Shown here: in pieces, positions 8,318 through 19,740 of the stretch
Numbering within the stretch: the first letter of the stretch is position 1
How the letters are laid out: each line of letters begins with the position of its first letter
Source of the DNA: an uncultured Chloroflexia bacterium
GTDB lineage: Bacteria > Chloroflexota > Limnocylindria > Limnocylindrales > CSP1-4
Direction: 5' to 3'
Assembly (NCBI GenBank): GCA_963768655.1
Contig: CAVYIM010000005.1
Location: forward strand, 320,001-384,000
DNA length: 64,000 nt
Notes under the pieces: generated by a model
Seen by the model: the letters and a program-made list of their open reading frames with translations, nothing else
What the model was told of the DNA's origin: nothing
The model's database searches: none
Program-made: the position numbers and the translations under genes

Positions 8318-10816
8318 GTGACCAGGCAGTCTCTCAGCGGCGCATGGCAGCTCCGGCAGGCCGGCTCGAACGAATGGCTGGCCGCCCGGGTCCCCGGCGG
8401 CGTCCACACAGATCTGATGGCCGCGGGCAAGATCGCCGACCCCTTCGTCGGCGACGAGGAGCTGCGGGTCCAGTGGGTTGCCGAGGCGGATTGGGAGTAC
8501 CGGTGCAGCTTCCGCGTCGACGCCGCCACCGCCGCCGAGGAACACCTGGACCTCGTGTTCGACGGCCTCGACACGCTGGCCGAAGTCCGTCTCAACGGGG
8601 AGCTGCTGGGCAGCGCCGACAACATGTTCCGGACCTGGCGCTGGGACGTGACCGGCCGCCTGGCGGCCGGCGACAACGAGGTCGCGTTGCTGTTCCACTC
8701 CGCCGTGCGCCGCGGGGCCGAGCTGAACGCCGTCCGGGCCCTCGACCGGCCCAAGGAGACGCTCCCCGGCGGGCCGTACCTGCGCAAGGCGCCCTGCCAC
8801 TTCGGCTGGGACTGGGGTCCAAAGCTCCCGAACGTCGGTATCTGGCAGGACGTGCGCATCGAGGGCTGGAGCGCCGCCCGGCTGGCGGACGTCCGAATCG
8901 AGCAGGCGGTCGAGGTCGAACGCGCTCGGGCGAGCCTGCACGCTCGCGTCGAAGTCGAGCGGACGCAAGCCACCAACCCTGCGGCCATCGAGGCGCGCAT
9001 TCGAGTCGTCCACCCGGGCGGTCGGACCGACGTCGCCCGGGCTGTCATCCCCGCCGGGGAGTCGGGCGCAAGCCTCACGCTCGAGATTGCCGAGCCCGAG
9101 CTGTGGTGGCCCAACGGCCTCGGCCGCCAGCCGCTCTACCGGGTCGAAATCGAGCTGGCCGCGAGCGATCGGACGCTCGACTTTCGCTCCTACCAGGTCG
9201 GCCTGCGGACGCTCGAGCTTCGGCGCGTGCCCGACGAGTGGGGCGAGTCGTTCACGCACGTCGTGAACGGCGTGCCCATTTTCGCGAAGGGCTCCAACTG
9301 GATCCCCGCGGATTCATTCCCGGCACGGGTCACGCCGGAGCGGCTCGAGGCGCTGCTCGGCGCCGCCGCGGCCACGAACCACAACATGATCCGGATCTGG
9401 GGCGGCGGCTACTACGAGACCGAGGCGTTCTACGACCTGTGCGACCGCTTCGGCATCCTGGTCTGGCAGGACTTCATGTTCGCCTGCAGCGTCTACCCGC
9501 TCACCGACCCCGGGTTCCTGGCGAACCTGGAGATCGAGGTCCGCGAGCAGGTGCGGCGGCTACGGCATCGGGCCTGCCTGGCGCTGTGGTGCGGCAACAA
9601 CGAGATGGAGCGAGGCTGGACGAACTGGGGCTGGAGCCGGCCCGAGAACGAAGACCTCCGCGCGGCCTACCTGCGCTTCTTCTCCGAGACGCTGCCGGCC
9701 TGGATCGCGACGCAAGACGCCGCCACTCCGTACTGGCCGAGCTCGCCCTCGTCGGGACGGCCGCTGGCGGAGCCGATCGGCGGCAACCGCGGCGACGAGC
9801 ACGAGTGGATCGTCTGGCACGCTCTCGCACCCTTCTCGGCCTATGGCCACGAGACCTACCGGTTCGTCAGCGAGTTCGGCTTCGAGTCGCTGCCGGCGCT
9901 GGCCACTGTCGCCGCCTTCGCGCCCGACCCGGCCGAATGGAACCTGGGCTCGCCGCTGCTCGACCATCATCAGCGCTGCCCGGTCGGCAACGCCCGGATC
10001 CTGTACTACATGGCCCAGCAGTTCCGGCTGCCAAAGGACTTCCCGTCGCTCGTATACCTGAGCCAGATCCTCCATGCCGAGGCGATGCGCGTGGGCGTGG
10101 AGCACTGGCGGCGCCAGCGGGACCGCTGCAGCGGGGCCCTGTACTGGCAGCTCGACGACTGCTGGCCCGTGTCCTCCTGGGCGAGCGTCGACTACTTCGG
10201 CCGCTGGAAGGCCCTGCAATACGCCACGCGGCGGTTCTACGCCCCGGTGCTCCTGGCCGCGGAGGTGGAGTCGGATGACGTGTCGCTGGCCGTCACCAAC
10301 GACACGGCCGCGGCCTGGCGGGGCGAGGTCCGCTGGTCGCTGGAACGTCTCGACGGCGAGGTCGTGGCGTCCGGGGGCGGCCCGGTGGAGGCGCGGGCGC
10401 TGACCACGACTTCGGTCGGTCGCGTCGCCCTCCCCGACTCGGCGTCCGAGCGGCGATCGCTCGTCCTGGTGTCGGAGCTGATGGAGGCAGGCTCCCGGCG
10501 GGCGCTGGTCGTCACGCCGTTCGTCCCCGACAAGCAGCTGGCGCTGGGCCGGCCGGCGGTCGACCTGGCGGTCGAGGCGGCGGCGGGTTCGGCCGAGACC
10601 GCGCCGGACCGAGCGACCGTCCGACTCCGGTCTGACACGCTTGCGCGCTGGGTCGAGCTCTCGCTCGACGGCGCCGACGCCGTCCTCGACGACAACTACT
10701 TCGACCTGCCGGCCGGGCGCGAGGTGGTGGTCGGGTTCGACGTGCCCGATGGCTTCGACCTTGCTCGTGTGCGGAAGGTCCTTCGCGTTCGATCGGTCGT
10801 CGACACCTACCCGTAG
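8318..10816 (+). CDS. Beta-mannosidase, GH2
   Basis: FGWDWGP, KGSNWIPAD, RIWGGG, WQDFMFAC, WCGNNE, FVSEFG; RBS AGGAGG before GTG. Confidence 0.93.
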   Translation: MTRQSLSGAWQLRQAGSNEWLAARVPGGVHTDLMAAGKIADPFVGDEELRVQWVAEADWEYRCSFRVDAATAAEEHLDLVFDGLDTLAEVRLNGELLGSADNMFRTWRWDVTGRLAAGDNEVALLFHSAVRRGAELNAVRALDRPKETLPGGPYLRKAPCHFGWDWGPKLPNVGIWQDVRIEGWSAARLADVRIEQAVEVERARASLHARVEVERTQATNPAAIEARIRVVHPGGRTDVARAVIPAGESGASLTLEIAEPELWWPNGLGRQPLYRVEIELAASDRTLDFRSYQVGLRTLELRRVPDEWGESFTHVVNGVPIFAKGSNWIPADSFPARVTPERLEALLGAAAATNHNMIRIWGGGYYETEAFYDLCDRFGILVWQDFMFACSVYPLTDPGFLANLEIEVREQVRRLRHRACLALWCGNNEMERGWTNWGWSRPENEDLRAAYLRFFSETLPAWIATQDAATPYWPSSPSSGRPLAEPIGGNRGDEHEWIVWHALAPFSAYGHETYRFVSEFGFESLPALATVAAFAPDPAEWNLGSPLLDHHQRCPVGNARILYYMAQQFRLPKDFPSLVYLSQILHAEAMRVGVEHWRRQRDRCSGALYWQLDDCWPVSSWASVDYFGRWKALQYATRRFYAPVLLAAEVESDDVSLAVTNDTAAAWRGEVRWSLERLDGEVVASGGGPVEARALTTTSVGRVALPDSASERRSLVLVSELMEAGSRRALVVTPFVPDKQLALGRPAVDLAVEAAAGSAETAPDRATVRLRSDTLARWVELSLDGADAVLDDNYFDLPAGREVVVGFDVPDGFDLARVRKVLRVRSVVDTYP

Positions 10817-10846
10817 CGGCTCGGGGTCGGTCGCCTCGGCGCCCGG

Positions 10847-11722
10847 CTACTTCTCGACGGGCAGATCCGGGCGGTTGCCCCACTCCTCCCACGACTCGGC
10901 GTAGTTGCGCACTCCGCTCAAGCCAGCCAGCTCGTGGAGGACGAACCAGACCAGCGCTGCCCGGACGCCGCCCTGGCAGTAGGTGGCGCGCACATCTTCC
11001 GGAGTCACGCCGGTCCCTCGGAGGATCGCCAGCGCCTCGGCGCCGGTTCTGAGGCGCCCGTCCGGCGCCACGAAGTCGCTGAAGAGCCGATGCTTCGCGC
11101 CGGGAATCCGGCCGCCCCGGGCCGCCCGCACGTCCGTGCCGAGGAACTCATCGATCAGCCTGACGTCCAGCAGACGCGTCGGGCCGCCCGGCGCGCTCGA
11201 CTCCTTGCTCCATGCCAGTACCTGCTCGGCGGTGGCGATGAGCGAGTCGTCGCGCTCGTGAAGCGGCTCCGTGGCCGCGACGGGCCGGGGCGCAGTCGCG
11301 TCCGCCGCGGTCGGTCGTCCCTGCGCCTGCCAGACGGTGAGCCCGCCGTCGAGGACGTGGATTCGTTCGCTCGGGAAGCCGAACAGGCGCAGCAGCCAGT
11401 AGCCGCGGATCGCCTGGCGATTCAGGCCCGCATCGTCGTAGAAGACGATCCGGGCGCCCGGCGCCACACCCCAACGGCGAAGCGACGCGGCCACTTCCTC
11501 GCGGCCCGGCACCACGTACAGCCGCTTCACCGAACCGGTGTCCGCGCGCGTGCCCGCCTTCGCCAGATCGACGTGCGTATCCACGAAGATGGCGCCGGGT
11601 ACGTGCGTCTCGTCGTAGATCTTGCGGTCGAGCGCGACATGCACGATCCGGAGATCCGAGTCGCCCAGGTGGGCCGCCAGCCACTCGGCCGATACGAGGG
11701 GTCCAGGTCCGGCAGCGTTCAT
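10847..11722 (-). CDS. Tandem-rhodanese sulfurtransferase
   Basis: LVSAEWL, VLDGG, GGRIPGA, YCQGGVRA, YAESWEEW. Confidence 0.9.
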   Translation of the reverse strand: MNAAGPGPLVSAEWLAAHLGDSDLRIVHVALDRKIYDETHVPGAIFVDTHVDLAKAGTRADTGSVKRLYVVPGREEVAASLRRWGVAPGARIVFYDDAGLNRQAIRGYWLLRLFGFPSERIHVLDGGLTVWQAQGRPTAADATAPRPVAATEPLHERDDSLIATAEQVLAWSKESSAPGGPTRLLDVRLIDEFLGTDVRAARGGRIPGAKHRLFSDFVAPDGRLRTGAEALAILRGTGVTPEDVRATYCQGGVRAALVWFVLHELAGLSGVRNYAESWEEWGNRPDLPVEK

Positions 11723-12049
11723 TCGTCTCCTCCCGAGTGCGGCCACGATGCCGCCTAGAGTACCCGGCAGCCGGGCCGCGAGCTTGGACCGCTCTGCCCC
11801 GTCCGCGGCATCGACAACTCGCTCCGCCGTGTCGACCCTGCCGCCACCCTCGATACGTCGATCATGCCCAGTTGCGGATACTCCTCTGACCGACACAGCC
11901 GGGACGGCCGGTCGTTGCTCGCCCGGTGAGCGAGTGTGACTGCACGGCCATCCGGACGCCCCGCGCAGGTCGAATCTGAGCGCTACGAGGTACAGCTGCG
12001 ACTATCCACGGGCTCAGCCGGCCAGTGAACGACCCCCGACGGCCGAACG

Positions 12050-12427
12050 TATACGCGCGGTTGAGCAAGCTCGACGGCTAATGCTTCGCCTGGCGTGGCG
12101 CGGCGGTTCGAGGCGCCAGTCGGAGGATCGGGAGACCAGCGGGCCTGGGATGCGGTCCTCCTCGTCGGACCTTCGGAGATGGCGGTGGAAGCGGAAACGC
12201 GGCTGAGGGACGTCCAGGCGGCCCAACGGCGAATCATCCTGAAGCGCCGAGATGACCCCGGCGTCTCAGGTGTGATCCTTCTCCTGTCGAACACGCGCCA
12301 CAACCGCGCCCTGGTGCATGAGTATGGAGCCGCGCTGCGCGCCGACTTCCCGGTCCAGGCGGACAGGATGCTCCGGGCGCTCTCGGAGGGCCGCGACCCG
12401 GGTGGAAGTGGCGTAGTCCTGTTGTGA
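12050..12427 (+). pseudogene. C-terminal fragment of a restriction-endonuclease-like (PD-(D/E)xK) protein
   Basis: GDQRAWDAVL...AVEAETRLRD motif; no N-terminal HTH and no clear start. Confidence 0.5.
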
Positions 12428-12534
12428 GGCGGCCGCCGTCGATGGCCAAACAGCATGCGGCCCGGACCGCGGCGACGCCGGCCCGGCCGGCCCCGCGCCA
12501 CTCCCCGCCGCGCGCGCCACTCCCTCGACGCGCG

Positions 12535-14255
<1,721 letters not shown>

Positions 14256-14259
<4 letters not shown>

Positions 14260-16280
14260 CGGTGTCCTCCAGCGGATGTCAGGTTGCTCACGGCTTCGCG
14301 CCGTCGGTCGAGTGAATTGCGAGCTTCATACAAGTTGCGTTGCGTTTCGAGCAGTCGAGCGATTGCCTGCGGGTCGACGGCGGCCTGCGCCTCCATCAAC
14401 TCACCGGCGTTGAAGCGGATCTCGTCTTCGAGGCGATCGGCCTCCAGAGCCAGGAGGCACTGGTCCACGCCGTTGCGGACGTGGTCGGTGTCGAGCGTGG
14501 TCGGATCGTTGGGCCCACGGTCCGCATAGAGGGCGATCGCCAGGCTGTGCAGCTCCGGCGGCAGCGAGTCGAGGAAGCGCATGCGCTTGAACTCGCCGGA
14601 ACCGCCGGCTTCGCGGTCCAGGTCGCGGTCGGCCACCATCGCCACCAGTAGCTCGCGCGCCGGAGTGCTGGGAAGCCGCGCTCCCTGCGCCGCTAGAGTC
14701 GCGGCGACCCGTTCCTGCTGTTCGGGCACGAGAAGGAGCAGCCTCAGCAGGCGAGCTTCCTCGCGCGTCAGAGACTTGAGCTCGGCCTTCGTGTCGATCG
14801 TATCCGGGGCCGACATGACGGCATCAGCAGTGAAGCGTCCCGAGCCGGCACCGGCCGCGCCACTCGACCCCCCGCGCCCGTCCGCACCGACCTGACCCAC
14901 CGGCACCGGCGCCCGCATGGCCTCCAGGAGGACCCGCTCCTCCACACCGGTGCGACGCGCCAGCGTCTGGAGATAGCTGTCGCGCACGACCGGGTCGCGG
15001 ATCTCGCGCAGCATCGGCACCAGCGCCCCGACGGCATGGCGCCGGCCCTCGGCAGTCCGGATCGGGAAGGCCGTGGCGTAGTAGTCGATCAGGAACTCGA
15101 TGATCGGCTGGGCCGTGCGGATCGCCTCCCGCCAGAGATCGGGCGTGTCGCGGATGACTTCGTCGGGGTCCTTGCCCTCCGGCAGCCTTGCGACGCGCAC
15201 GCGTGTGATCTCGACGCCGGTCTCCTCCGCCGCCAGCGAGCCGATCAGCCTGAACAGCTCCGCGCCGCCGATCGAGCCGGCGTGCTGGCCGGCCGGGTCG
15301 ACGTCGTAGGCGAGCACGATCTCGCGGGCGTAGCGGGCGATGAGCGCGACCTGGGCTGGCGTGAGCGCCGTGCCGAGGCTCGCGACCACGTTCTCGAAGC
15401 CGGCCTGGTGCGCCATCAGAGCGTCCGTGTACCCCTCGACGAGAACGGCCTCTTCCGACCTGCGCATCTCGCCCCGGGCCCGCTCGATGAGATAGAGCGT
15501 GCGGCTCTTGTCGAAAAGTGCCGTCGCCGGTGAGTTGAGGTATTTCGGCGCGTTGGGGTCGGTCGCGCCGTGGCCCGCCTCGGCGCCGTCGCCCGCGCCC
15601 ACGGCCACAGCCACGGCCACGGCCACGGGCAGGATCCGTCCGCCGATCCCCACCGCGTTCCCCGCCGCATCGCGGATCGGGAAGATGATTCGCGAGCGGA
15701 ACTTGTCGTAGGCTCCTCGCCCGCTCGATCGCTGGCTTGTCAGGCCCACTTCCGCGAGCTCCGCAACCGTTACGTTGCGCCGGCTCTGGAGCATTCGAAT
15801 CATCTGGTCCCAGCCGCCTGGCGCCCAGCCGAGCTGGAAACGTTCGACCGTCTCGTCGGTGAAGCCGCGGCCGTGCAGGTATTCGAGCGCGGGCGCGCCG
15901 GTCTTCGATTGCGTCAGGACGACGTGGTAGAAGGCGATCGCCTGCTCCAGCACCTCGCGCAGTCGAGCCTTTCGGGCGTCCTCGCGGCTCGTGCGCTCGT
16001 CGACCTCGATGCCGGCCCTCGCCGCCAGGCGCTTGAGGGCTTCGGGGAAGCTCAACCCTTCGCGGCGCATCACGAAGCTGAAGACGTCGCCGCCCTCGCC
16101 GCAGCCGAAGCAGTGCCAGCTATCGCGCGCCGGGGTCACGACGAAGCTCGGGGTCTTCTCGCCGTGGAACGGGCAGAGCCCCTTGTAGGTGGTGCCGGCC
16201 TTGCGCAGCTCCACCTGCTCGCCGACGATCTCCAGGACCGACAGCTTGCTCTTGACTTCTGCGGCTACCCCAACAGCCAA
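14256..16280 (-). CDS. dnaG: DNA primase
   Basis: CHC2 zinc finger [11 protein letters not shown]...CFGC, KYLNSP, Toprim EGYTD/DVD; RBS GGAG before TTG. Confidence 0.96.
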
Positions 16281-16439
16281 ACGCTTCTCCTGCTCAACAG
16301 ACGGCCGACGAGACTCCGACGTTCACTCTTCGCCACCTCCGGCCCGTCCCGACCGACCGAACGACCGCCCAGCCGAACCGCCCGAATGATCGAACGCCTT
16401 GCGCCCGAGCCCTCCACGAACCACCCTGACACGACTAAG

Positions 16440-16462
16440 GGCCTGTCAAGTCTTGACAGGCC
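16440..16462. promoter_or_regulatory. Perfect palindrome GGCCTGTCAAG-T-CTTGACAGGCC upstream of dnaG
   Basis: 11-bp arms seen directly; function unknown. Confidence 0.55.
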
Positions 16463-16500
16463 TTTGCCGGCCAATTCTTACCACTTTTCGCCGCGTTTGT

Positions 16501-16517
16501 ATACCCCTGGGGGGTAT
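16501..16517. promoter_or_regulatory. CsoR/RcnR-like operator
   Basis: ATACCCC-TGG-GGGGTAT matches the C-tract/G-tract inverted repeat of CsoR operators. Confidence 0.45.
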
Positions 16518-16568
16518 TGACATGTCCGGGGTTGTATACTTGACACAAGGCCCCGAACCTGCTAGTGT

Positions 16569-16730
16569 TCATGGCATGGACGACCGGTCGAGCTTCGAAC
16601 CCTTCACTTCAGCCTCGCGGGCATGCTTCTTCGCATGCTCAACGACCTGCGGATGGAAGAGCTTCGCGACGGCTTCCTCGGTCGTCAGTTCATGCGCCTT
16701 CTTCGGCGGTTGGGGTTTCTGAGATGTCAC
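16569..16730 (-). CDS. Small IS-borne ORF, 53 aa (MTSQKPQPPKKAHELTTEEAVAKLFHPQVVEHAKKHAREAEVKGSKLDRSSMP)
   Basis: Helical, charged composition; divergent from and overlapping the transposase start. Confidence 0.4.
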   Translation of the reverse strand: MTSQKPQPPKKAHELTTEEAVAKLFHPQVVEHAKKHAREAEVKGSKLDRSSMP

Positions 16731-17647
16731 GTCAGCCTACTTTCACCCAAGAGGTCAACCTCGTTGCTCTGATCGACTCGTTTGGTAGCGAGGACAAGTG
16801 CCGGGCCTACCTCGAAGAGCTTCGATGGCCCGAAGGTGTGCGCTGCCCGCGCTGTGGGTCCGCCAAGATCAGCCGTATCGCCAAGCGCCATCAGTTCGAC
16901 TGCGACACCTGCCGGTATCAGTTCAGCGTTACCGCCGGAACGATCTTCAACGACTCCCACCTGCCACTGTGGAAATGGTTCCTCGCGGTGTACGTCATGG
17001 GCGAGTCCAAGAAGGGGATCAGCGCGAACCAACTCAAGCGAATGCTCGGCGTTTCCTACAAGACGGCTTGGTATCTCTGCCATCGCATCCGCGAGACCAT
17101 GACCTCCGAAACCGCCAGGCAGCTTCGGGGGATCATCGAAGCCGACGAGACGTTCATCGGCGGCACCAAGACTCACTTCGGCCGGACGCCTGCCGAGAAG
17201 GTCACCGTCCTGGGTGCCGTCGAGCGTGGCGGGAACGTCCGCGTTCGGGTGAGCGACCATACGGGCAAGGTCCGCAAACACGACGTGTACAGCTTCCTCG
17301 CGGCGACTGTGGCCCCGGACGCCGAGGCGATCTACACGGACTCGGCTCAGGTCTACGACGAACTGGCCGACGGGGACACCCGCCACGAGTCCGTCAACCA
17401 CGGCATCGGGCAATGGGTGCAGGCCGACGTTCACACGAACACCATCGAGTCCGTGTGGTCGCTCTTCAAGCGATCCGTGGTCGGTTCCTACCATCACCTG
17501 TCCGCCAAGCATCTTCAGGCATACCTCGATGAGTTCGCGTTCCGGTATGACAACCGGGAGAACGCGTATCTCTTCCGCGACACGCTGCTGCGGCTCATTG
17601 GTTCGGAGCCTCTTCAGTACGCTGAATTGACGGCTGAAACCGCCTGA
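16724..17647 (+). CDS. IS1595-family (ISXO2-like) DDE transposase
   Basis: Zn ribbon CPRC/CDTC, IEADETFIGG, IYTD, VNH, HTNTIESVW. Confidence 0.95.
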   Translation: MSRQPTFTQEVNLVALIDSFGSEDKCRAYLEELRWPEGVRCPRCGSAKISRIAKRHQFDCDTCRYQFSVTAGTIFNDSHLPLWKWFLAVYVMGESKKGISANQLKRMLGVSYKTAWYLCHRIRETMTSETARQLRGIIEADETFIGGTKTHFGRTPAEKVTVLGAVERGGNVRVRVSDHTGKVRKHDVYSFLAATVAPDAEAIYTDSAQVYDELADGDTRHESVNHGIGQWVQADVHTNTIESVWSLFKRSVVGSYHHLSAKHLQAYLDEFAFRYDNRENAYLFRDTLLRLIGSEPLQYAELTAETA

Positions 17648-18371
17648 GATCGGGGTCCTGAACTTCGGACCATCTCAGCGGTACTGGCACAAACTCAACG
17701 ACTAAGCGGCGCACCCTGTAGCCCTGCGCCTCCACGTCAATGTCCGCGCGATATTTCCCTTGTGAACCCAGGCTCCAATCCGTTGTTGATCTGCGCAGGG
17801 TGACCATGTTAGATCGGGACCGGTAGGAGATACAAAGCACAACCCGCTCGGCTCCCGCTCTAACGGCATGGTCCTTTCCGCCGTCATCCCACGCCAACTC
17901 TGCGGGTCTGAAGCCAGGCAGTGGGTGCCATTGGCGGCCATCATCCGAGTTTATGCGCAAGTCTTTGATGCGAAAACAACATTCCGCGATTTCCTTCGGG
18001 CCAGCGACACAACGAAATGCCAGAGTCTTACCAACCAAGTAGAGCGACACATCGTGCCAGTCCTCGTGCTCGACGCACTGAATACTGAGAGCGTCCTCGG
18101 ATAGGTCCGGATCGGCAGGTGTCGATGCCTTCGACCAGATGCGCCAGTAGCCTTGGATATTGGCCGAGATCAGCGCCATGGCGAAAACTCGTAAAGGCGT
18201 AACTGCGAACGGCGTGGTGGGAGGATGAGGGTCGAAGATGAGTAAGAAAGCGATTGCCGCTGCCCCGAGATTGACCACGGTCCAAAGCCCAAGGCCCAGT
18301 ATTTCCCGCAGGTACTGCCAGACGAACAGCCTGATCCGAGAGTGCCACGCGCGACCCACCGCTGACGCCAT
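17595..18371 (-). CDS. IS passenger: hypothetical protein with N-terminal TM helices and a beta-rich C-terminal domain
   Basis: Open ~258 codons with atypical, lower GC; RBS GGAGG. Confidence 0.6.
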   Translation of the reverse strand: MASAVGRAWHSRIRLFVWQYLREILGLGLWTVVNLGAAAIAFLLIFDPHPPTTPFAVTPLRVFAMALISANIQGYWRIWSKASTPADPDLSEDALSIQCVEHEDWHDVSLYLVGKTLAFRCVAGPKEIAECCFRIKDLRINSDDGRQWHPLPGFRPAELAWDDGGKDHAVRAGAERVVLCISYRSRSNMVTLRRSTTDWSLGSQGKYRADIDVEAQGYRVRRLVVEFVPVPLRWSEVQDPDLRRFQPSIQRTEEAPNQ

Positions 18372-18476
18372 GCCCACCTCCTAGTGGGCACCATCGTAGC
18401 GCCCCCAGACGGGCCGTCTAGGGGCGCATACTGGGCCTGACGCGCGTTCATGCGTCACCACCAGAGGGACATTGCG

Positions 18477-18704
18477 ATGGATCAGGCACAGAGATCTGCC
18501 CGTGGCCTGGATGCGCGGAAGAATGATTACCCGTACCACACGAAGGATTTGACGAAGCCTCGTGTCTACCACGTGCGCGGGGCGTGCGAGGCAGGGGGGA
18601 GGATCGAGCCGGAGAACATTCGGACGGGTGGTTTTGGTCGTGAGCTGTGCAAGGAATGCATAGACCTGATTGTGGCGGCTCGCGCCGCAGAAACTCCCAG
18701 ATAG
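18477..18704 (+). CDS. IS passenger: small putative Zn-binding protein
   Basis: YH....C..G..I...N...G..GR.LCKEC; RBS GAGGGA. Confidence 0.6.
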   Translation: MDQAQRSARGLDARKNDYPYHTKDLTKPRVYHVRGACEAGGRIEPENIRTGGFGRELCKECIDLIVAARAAETPR

Positions 18705-18907
18705 GACCACGCTTGTTCTTTCTCGGCCAGTAGGCGATCAGGTCTCGGCCGAAGTCGAAGAGCCGCGGCTCGTGGGCACATTTGCAATGCCGCTTCCTCG
18801 CACTCACAGCGCGGCCCTGCCAGCCTGTCGAGAAACAGGGTAGGGCCCGGCCTGCCTTGTGTCAAGTATACAACCCCGGACATGTCAAGAGGGCCGCCGA
18901 GTACGCG

Positions 18908-19618
18908 CTACCCTCCGCGGAGCCAGCCAGCTCGCACCTCGCCGGGTGACAGCCGGGCCAGGAGGTCGAGCAGCGGGACGGCGGCGGCGAACGTCTCGGT
19001 GAGGGTGGCCGGCAGGTTCGGCGAGAAGACCTCGTCGTCGGACAACGGGCGGCCGAAGGTCACGTCCTTGAGCTTCAGCAGCTCCGCCCCGGGATGGTCG
19101 GGCGGGAAGCCGCTGGGGACTCGCTTGAGGCTCTCGCCGCTGACCGTGCCGAATGTCGAGGCGAACCTGGGATCGTCGAGCACCGCCCGCACAGGAGGCA
19201 GGTCGTTCGCCACCGTCTGCCGCCACGCCGCAAGCTGAGCCGGATCCGGGTGCCACATCCCACCGCCGGCGAACATCTCGCCTGGCTGGAAGTGGAAGTA
19301 CGCACCCACGCCGCCGCCTTCGCCGGTCCACGGGAAGCTGGCCGATATGTGCGTCTTGTACGGCGACTTGTCGGCGGAGAACCGGATGTCGCGGTAGATC
19401 CGGAACGGCGAATGCGCAGGATCGGCTCGAAGCGGGAGGCGGTCACCCTCGAACCGCTCCGCGAGGGCGCGGCATAGCGCCTCCAACGGCTCCTTGAGCA
19501 CTCGCTCGTACTCGGCCTTGCGAGGCTGGAACCACGACCGCTCGTTGTGCAGCGCCAGCTCGACGAGGAACTGGACGGCGTCGCGCGAGAAGCCGGCGAA
19601 CGGTGCTGCCACGGCCAT
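18908..19618 (-). CDS. DUF2461 / TIGR02453 family protein
   Basis: HNERSWF, FRIYRDIRFSADKSPYK, LKRVP. Confidence 0.9.
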   Translation of the reverse strand: MAVAAPFAGFSRDAVQFLVELALHNERSWFQPRKAEYERVLKEPLEALCRALAERFEGDRLPLRADPAHSPFRIYRDIRFSADKSPYKTHISASFPWTGEGGGVGAYFHFQPGEMFAGGGMWHPDPAQLAAWRQTVANDLPPVRAVLDDPRFASTFGTVSGESLKRVPSGFPPDHPGAELLKLKDVTFGRPLSDDEVFSPNLPATLTETFAAAVPLLDLLARLSPGEVRAGWLRGG

Positions 19619-19740
19619 CGGTTCACCTCCGAAGGGCTATTGAGGAGCAGCGGGAATCCTCCCACTGTCCCCGCAGCGCGGACAACGCCGCGCTCGACGT
19701 CCCATCTGCGCGCCCAGACGGCGCCCTTCCGCCAGCCTAC

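Larger units (their letters stand above)
16527..18878 (+). mobile_element. IS1595-family insertion sequence with passenger genes (2352 bp; CGGnnTT ends as in the ISNha5 group)
   Basis: Perfect 24-bp TIRs CGGGGTTGTATACTTGACACAAGG; 8-bp target duplication GACATGTC at 16519-16526 and 18879-18886. Confidence 0.93.
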
